In this document: positions 59,074 through 64,000 of the stretch, one piece after another | How positions within the stretch are numbered: position 1 is the first letter of the stretch | Layout of the letters: each line of letters starts with the position of its first letter | Source of the DNA: a bacterium | Lineage (GTDB): Bacteria; Patescibacteriota; Saccharimonadia; CAILAD01; BJGX01 | NCBI GenBank assembly: GCA_029778565.1 | Contig: JAKOQC010000249.1 | Coordinates: 45,611-109,610 of the forward strand | Direction: 5' to 3' | Length of the DNA stretch: 64,000 nt | Made by a program: the position numbers and the translations under genes | Notes under the pieces: model-generated | What the model saw: the letters and a program-made list of their open reading frames with translations, nothing else | What the model was told of the DNA's origin: nothing | Database searches by the model: none

Positions 59074-59152
59074 TATACTGCTTAAGCCTTGCATAGCTAT
59101 TGTAGTATGTACTACAATAAAGCATAAGCAATTGTATATTTAAAGGAGAAAG

Positions 59153-61504
59153 ATGAAAATCGTAAATTTCCGAGATGTCGTCACTAACTTTAAGATTGGT
59201 GGCATCTCAAAAAACAAAATCTCGTTCTATGCCAAACGTCTTACTAAGGAAACTTCAGCACGACGACTGGCTTCACTACTTTTAGTCGGCCTATTAGTAT
59301 TCCAGTTTATTACGTTTATTGCTCCACCATCAGCTGGGCGGGCAGCAAGCTGTACGTCGAATGACATTATTAACTGTGGTATTGGTGATAGAAGTAACCA
59401 AGGTGTTTTAAATGCATTCAAAAGTACTGGTGCGATACAGCTTCTATACCAGGCAGGTGTTACCGATAATGATGTTTTAAATGGCCAAGCCAATGCTAAT
59501 ATTTGTCGTACACCTGGCCTGCTTTCGATGGGTCGAACCCAAGCGCCGGGATCATTCTTATATCCGGGTCATAATGACATATGGATTGGTGATGCGAGTA
59601 GCCGCTGGCTACAAAACTGTTTTGCAGGTGAATTACTGAACGTAAAAGTACAGGGTAGCACAATAGGTACGGGTGATCCCAATGCTTGGTACCAAGTAGG
59701 TATTCTCTACGACTGTGGTAACTTGGTATTTATTCCCACCTCGCCACATCAACAACCAAAAACCATTACCTGTTCAAGCTTGAATGTCTCTAGCTTTACA
59801 GCTACTGTTGGTCAACCAATCGTAGTTGCTGGTTATGCACACGGAGACAACATTAGTGCTGGCGAGTTAGTCGATATGGCCTATGGCGCCTATGATAGCG
59901 GTACTAATAACCTAGTAGGAGGTATTCCCCAAGGAAATCCCCTGGGGGCACAAGGTGTACCGCATGATGCAAATAATAACTTTATTGATAATGCTGGGCG
60001 AGCGTTTACCTTTAATCAACCAGGTACCTACGATCTTAGACTGCTAGTTGGATATGATAATAATGGGCAAAAATTGTTTGCCGCTGGTAGTGCTGCCGGA
60101 GATTGCGCTCGTACTGTTACTGTTACTCAACAAATGACATTACGATGTGCACAGCTAGATATTGTCGCCAAAACTGGCAATACGCCATTTACTCCAGGCC
60201 TAAAAGGCACAGCAGGCGTTGATGGTACTTCGGGTACAAAACCCTATCCTTCTAAATTCGAATATATTCTTTTGCAGAAATATACAGGCCCAGACAATCC
60301 AAGTTTGCCGATTGTTACCTATAACGGTGTAAAGTATTTAGAAGGTAATCCTAGTGGCGGGACTACTCGAATTACACACACCAATGCCAATCCTGCGGTC
60401 TATACCGACCCCGCATCTAGTCCAGCTTTCTCTGCTACAGAATTCAAACAAACTACACCAGGTGATTTCTTAATTATTCTCCGAGTAACCGACCAGAATA
60501 ATACAACTGCGCCAGAGAATCCAAACAACTGTTTTGTACCATTTACTACCACCCCTCCACCTGCAGAGTTTGCTTGTAAAACTCTCACTGCTGACCCTGC
60601 TACAGGTACCGCTCCACTGAAGGGAGTAAATCTAACCGCAACTGCAACAGTCAAAAATGCAGTGGTTAAATCGTACCAATTTGACTTTGGTGATGGCAGT
60701 GCTAAACAAACAGTTACGAGCAGCCAACTTACCGCCTCTACAAAACACGACTATAACAATCCGGGTAAATACACAGCGACTGTTAGTATAACAACCGATA
60801 GGGGTACCACGACAGATACCCAAACGTGTAAGACGGTTATTAATCCAACACAGGTGCAATATACGAAAAATGTAGCCAATATGACCCTGCTTACGAATGA
60901 CGGCAAACCCACCGACGCGAATAATCAGGTAGCAAAAGCCGGAGATACATTGCGCTACCAAATAGCAATTTGTAATGCTAATGGTGCACCCATTAATAAC
61001 TATGTATTCGAAGATGATGTAACCGACCTATTGTATTATGCTGATTTGGCAGACTTGGGCGGTGCTACCAAGGTAGTTAAAAATGGACAGACCAAGCTTG
61101 TCTGGCCTGCGACCGATATTGCCTCGTTGCCGAATGGAAAGTCATGTACTGATAGCTCAGGAAATATTATTCCAGCTAACTTTAGTGCACACTTTAAATC
61201 ATTTACTGTTAAGGTAAAAGATCCTATTCCAACCAAACCAAATGTACCACTCGACCCATCGGCCTACGATTGTAATATACAAGATAATTTCCATGGCTCT
61301 ATCGTTACTACTCCAATTGGTGTAGTACCAGCCAAACAAGTAGAATGTGCTGCGCAAAAATTACCACAAACTGGTGCAGGCATACCAATCTTTGTTATTT
61401 CGTTCTTTGCCGCGAGCTCAGTATTCCTATTCTTCCGCAACAGATTACTCAAACGTGAGCTAAAACTGGTCGAAACATTATCTGATGATGAAGGAGGCAT
61501 GTAA
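59153..61504 (+). CDS. PKD-domain surface protein with LPQTG sortase-type anchor
   Basis: Signal peptide, Cys-paired Ig-like domains, FDFGDG PKD, LPQTG + TM + basic tail. Confidence 0.8.
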   Translation: MKIVNFRDVVTNFKIGGISKNKISFYAKRLTKETSARRLASLLLVGLLVFQFITFIAPPSAGRAASCTSNDIINCGIGDRSNQGVLNAFKSTGAIQLLYQAGVTDNDVLNGQANANICRTPGLLSMGRTQAPGSFLYPGHNDIWIGDASSRWLQNCFAGELLNVKVQGSTIGTGDPNAWYQVGILYDCGNLVFIPTSPHQQPKTITCSSLNVSSFTATVGQPIVVAGYAHGDNISAGELVDMAYGAYDSGTNNLVGGIPQGNPLGAQGVPHDANNNFIDNAGRAFTFNQPGTYDLRLLVGYDNNGQKLFAAGSAAGDCARTVTVTQQMTLRCAQLDIVAKTGNTPFTPGLKGTAGVDGTSGTKPYPSKFEYILLQKYTGPDNPSLPIVTYNGVKYLEGNPSGGTTRITHTNANPAVYTDPASSPAFSATEFKQTTPGDFLIILRVTDQNNTTAPENPNNCFVPFTTTPPPAEFACKTLTADPATGTAPLKGVNLTATATVKNAVVKSYQFDFGDGSAKQTVTSSQLTASTKHDYNNPGKYTATVSITTDRGTTTDTQTCKTVINPTQVQYTKNVANMTLLTNDGKPTDANNQVAKAGDTLRYQIAICNANGAPINNYVFEDDVTDLLYYADLADLGGATKVVKNGQTKLVWPATDIASLPNGKSCTDSSGNIIPANFSAHFKSFTVKVKDPIPTKPNVPLDPSAYDCNIQDNFHGSIVTTPIGVVPAKQVECAAQKLPQTGAGIPIFVISFFAASSVFLFFRNRLLKRELKLVETLSDDEGGM

Positions 61505-62127
61505 TGGCAGATAGAGCCGAGCTAGAGCCAGAAAGTGGCGCCGAGAAACTTGAGGTAAGCCAACTAAAAAAACTCGAGAAAGAAAAAGCACCAGAGGTTA
61601 GTAAAGCTGAGATAGAAGCTGGAGAAAAAGATTTGGCTCGCCGCCATGAAGCGGCCGAGAGAAATCTGAGTGCTGAAAAAAAACGTGAAGCTGATGCCGA
61701 GAAGAAGCGCGAGGCTGACCTAGAGAGAGAACGCAAAGAAGCTGAAAAACTCGAGAAGGTCGAGAAAAAACCACCAAAAGCCAAACCAGCGGCAAGCTAT
61801 ACCAAAAAAGAAAAGGCAACTGTTTATAAAAAAGAAATCAAGATGGTGCAGGCTCAGTTGCCACGCCGTAGTAAAACTTTTTCGAAAGTAATTCATAACC
61901 CAGCTGTAGAAAAAGTATCGGATGTAGCCGGTAAAACAATTTTGCGCCCCTCGGCACTTATTGGCGGTAGCGTTGTTGGCTTAGCAGCAGGCGTGACTGT
62001 TTATGCCATTGCTCGATTCTATAATTACGGCATGCCTAATTGGCTTTTACCAATACTTCTTATATTGGGTGCGCTGCTGGGTATTGCTGCAGAGCTTATT
62101 CTCAACAGATTTCGAACCACTGAATAG
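61504..62127 (+). CDS. hypothetical protein (charged coiled coil plus two TM)
   Basis: FSKVIHNPAVE..S....T..RP motif, C-terminal TMs. Confidence 0.7.
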   Translation: MADRAELEPESGAEKLEVSQLKKLEKEKAPEVSKAEIEAGEKDLARRHEAAERNLSAEKKREADAEKKREADLERERKEAEKLEKVEKKPPKAKPAASYTKKEKATVYKKEIKMVQAQLPRRSKTFSKVIHNPAVEKVSDVAGKTILRPSALIGGSVVGLAAGVTVYAIARFYNYGMPNWLLPILLILGALLGIAAELILNRFRTTE

Positions 62128-62195
62128 TTTTACAACAAGAATTATTTCCTCGAGCCACTAAACTGGTGTAAAATAGTAACCATAAGCTTCTTCAA

Positions 62196-63041
62196 GTGAG
62201 GCAAATGGTTTTTGCTATGCTAAAAAAATATTTTCTCCCAGTTGTAAGTCTCATCTTGGCACTGTTATTCGCCTCAATAGCAACTTTTTCTGTTCGGGCA
62301 GATACGATTAGTCAAAGCTATACTGCTGCGGTAAATATTCCTGCTGGTTCACTGGTTGCTTTACAACAAGGCAGTAGCTCGCAGATAGTGCCAGCAGACT
62401 CTAGCAATACTGATAGTCTTCTTGGAGTGACGGTGGCTCCGCAGGCTAGTTTGGTAAACCTCAATTCAAACAATGGTAATACGTTGGTGGTTACATCGGG
62501 TAATGCGGTAGTTTTAGTAAGTAATATTAATGGCGATATTGCCAAAGGCGACTCATTAACAACTTCACCTATTAGCGGTGTAGCGATGAAAGCTACAGCA
62601 CCCGGTAGAATTGTCGGGATAGCAACAAATAGCTTTACTGCTGCGCAGGCGAGTTCACGACAAAAGATTGCAGACAAAAAAGGTGAATCAAGTGAAGTCT
62701 CGCTTGGTCAGGTGTCGGCAAATATTATGGTAGGTAACTATCAAAATCAACCCACCCTAACAGGCAATGGCATAATATCTGCCGTTCAGGCAGTTGCTAC
62801 CAGCACAACAGGCAAAAGTATTTCAACCGCGCGAGCTCTTTTGGCCTTACTGGTACTACTTATCTCGGTGGTTATTTCGGTACTTATTCTTTATACGGCA
62901 GTGGCTAGCAGTATCCGCTCGATAGGTCGTAACCCACTTAGTCGCCACTCTATTTTACAGAGTTTGATACAAGTAATTATTGCAGTGGTTGTAATAATGC
63001 TTTCTGGGTTTTCAATAGTATATTTAATTATTGGGCGTTAG
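62196..63041 (+). CDS. hypothetical membrane protein (start may be 62205 or 62217)
   Basis: Signal peptide, VSNING.I..GD...SP..GV.MKA, SIGRNPL, two C-terminal TMs. Confidence 0.7.
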   Translation: MRQMVFAMLKKYFLPVVSLILALLFASIATFSVRADTISQSYTAAVNIPAGSLVALQQGSSSQIVPADSSNTDSLLGVTVAPQASLVNLNSNNGNTLVVTSGNAVVLVSNINGDIAKGDSLTTSPISGVAMKATAPGRIVGIATNSFTAAQASSRQKIADKKGESSEVSLGQVSANIMVGNYQNQPTLTGNGIISAVQAVATSTTGKSISTARALLALLVLLISVVISVLILYTAVASSIRSIGRNPLSRHSILQSLIQVIIAVVVIMLSGFSIVYLIIGR

Positions 63042-63045
63042 ACAT

Positions 63046-64000
63046 ATGAAACAAGAACACACCAAACCAAATTCAGCAAAAAGTGTAAAAGTAATTGCGC
63101 TATTTGATTGTATTGCTCAGACTGAGCCAGTAGCCGAGGCAAGTGTGGGTGGTGTAATGCAATTTGCTACTGGAGAGGCTGGACTGATTTGGCAGGTATC
63201 AGAAAAGTCAGTGACAGTTTTGCTCTTAGCTCGTGAATCTAAAGTAGTAGTTGGTACTACAGCCAAGTTAGCCGGGAATAGCTTGTATGTGAGAGCTGAC
63301 AATAAAGTGCTTGGGCACAGCGTCGATCCACTTTTGCAGACAATCGATGGGAAAAGTATTACACCATCAGGCAGCCCCCTGCCGGTATTTGGGGCCGCAC
63401 CAACTTTTCATGAACGGGCAATAGTAAATGAACAACTCGAAACAGGTGTGTTAATGGTAGATACGTTGTTTCCAATTGTAAAAGGTCAGCGCATTGCGAT
63501 TATTGGTGATAACAAAACCGGAAAGACCACTTTTATGACTCAGGTGGCGGCTCATCAAAAAAACCAAGATTGTGTAATTGTGTACGTTGCCATAGCCAAA
63601 CGTCGTTATGATGTCGCGCGTTTGCAACAACGTTTAGAAAATGCTGGAGTAATGGATAAGACAATCTTGGTTGTAGCCGATGCTTTCGATAGTCTACCAG
63701 CGGCATTTATTGCCCCATATGTAGGTTGCGCATTGGCAGAAAATTTTTGGCGACAGGGCAAAGACACTCTCGTCATTTATGACGATCTCAGTGCGCATGC
63801 CAAACTTTATCGAGAGCTCTCACTCTTATTAAAACAACCACCGGGCCGAGATGGCTATCCGGGAGATATGTTTTATATGCACTCTTCATTGTTAGAGCGT
63901 GCCGGCAAAATACACCGTAACGGTGCTACCCAAACGGTTTTAGCGGCGGGTACCAACCCCACAGGAGATATAACCGGTTATCTTTCGACAAGTTTAATTT
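63046..64000 (+). CDS. divergent F1-ATPase alpha-subunit-like protein, runs off the window
   Basis: Translated by hand: ETGV..VD.LFPI.KGQR..IIGD.KTGKT, IAPY.G, YDDLS.HA..YRELSLLL..PPGR..YPGD.FY.HS.LLERAG. Confidence 0.88.
   Translation, partial: MKQEHTKPNSAKSVKVIALFDCIAQTEPVAEASVGGVMQFATGEAGLIWQVSEKSVTVLLLARESKVVVGTTAKLAGNSLYVRADNKVLGHSVDPLLQTIDGKSITPSGSPLPVFGAAPTFHERAIVNEQLETGVLMVDTLFPIVKGQRIAIIGDNKTGKTTFMTQVAAHQKNQDCVIVYVAIAKRRYDVARLQQRLENAGVMDKTILVVADAFDSLPAAFIAPYVGCALAENFWRQGKDTLVIYDDLSAHAKLYRELSLLLKQPPGRDGYPGDMFYMHSSLLERAGKIHRNGATQTVLAAGTNPTGDITGYLSTSLI

Overview
AT-rich chromosomal window of a Patescibacteria (CPR) bacterium, most resembling Saccharimonadia; genetic code 11 (TGA is stop, with ATGA overlaps). 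It is mostly housekeeping: thrS, argS, trpS, pheST, miaA, infC-rpmI-rplT, rplY, rpmB, smpB, dinB, uvrD-like, rmuC, comM, rnhA, murT/gatD, uppP, glycosyltransferases, fba and an F1-alpha-like ATPase. RNA genes are tRNA-Val(GAC), tRNA-Pro(GGG), RNase P RNA, tmRNA and a probable 6S RNA. Most striking: (1) an NlpC/P60 peptidase domain with its catalytic Cys and His inserted in-frame inside the B5 domain of PheT; (2) a Pup-like protein with a Cys-rich tail instead of GGE/GGQ, divergent from tmRNA; (3) an unannotated ~540-nt highly structured RNA with its own promoter, terminator and alternative pairings; (4) a T-box with an ultra-short stem I before thrS; (5) a shared TTCG-N7-TTCG direct repeat (candidate LexA box) before dinB, comM and rmuC; (6) a frameshifted 63-bp LRR-like array with codon-restricted variation; (7) a 44-bp MITE-like insertion at the trpS start. 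No CRISPR array, integrase or reverse transcriptase was seen. All calls come from reading the sequence; no database searches were run.
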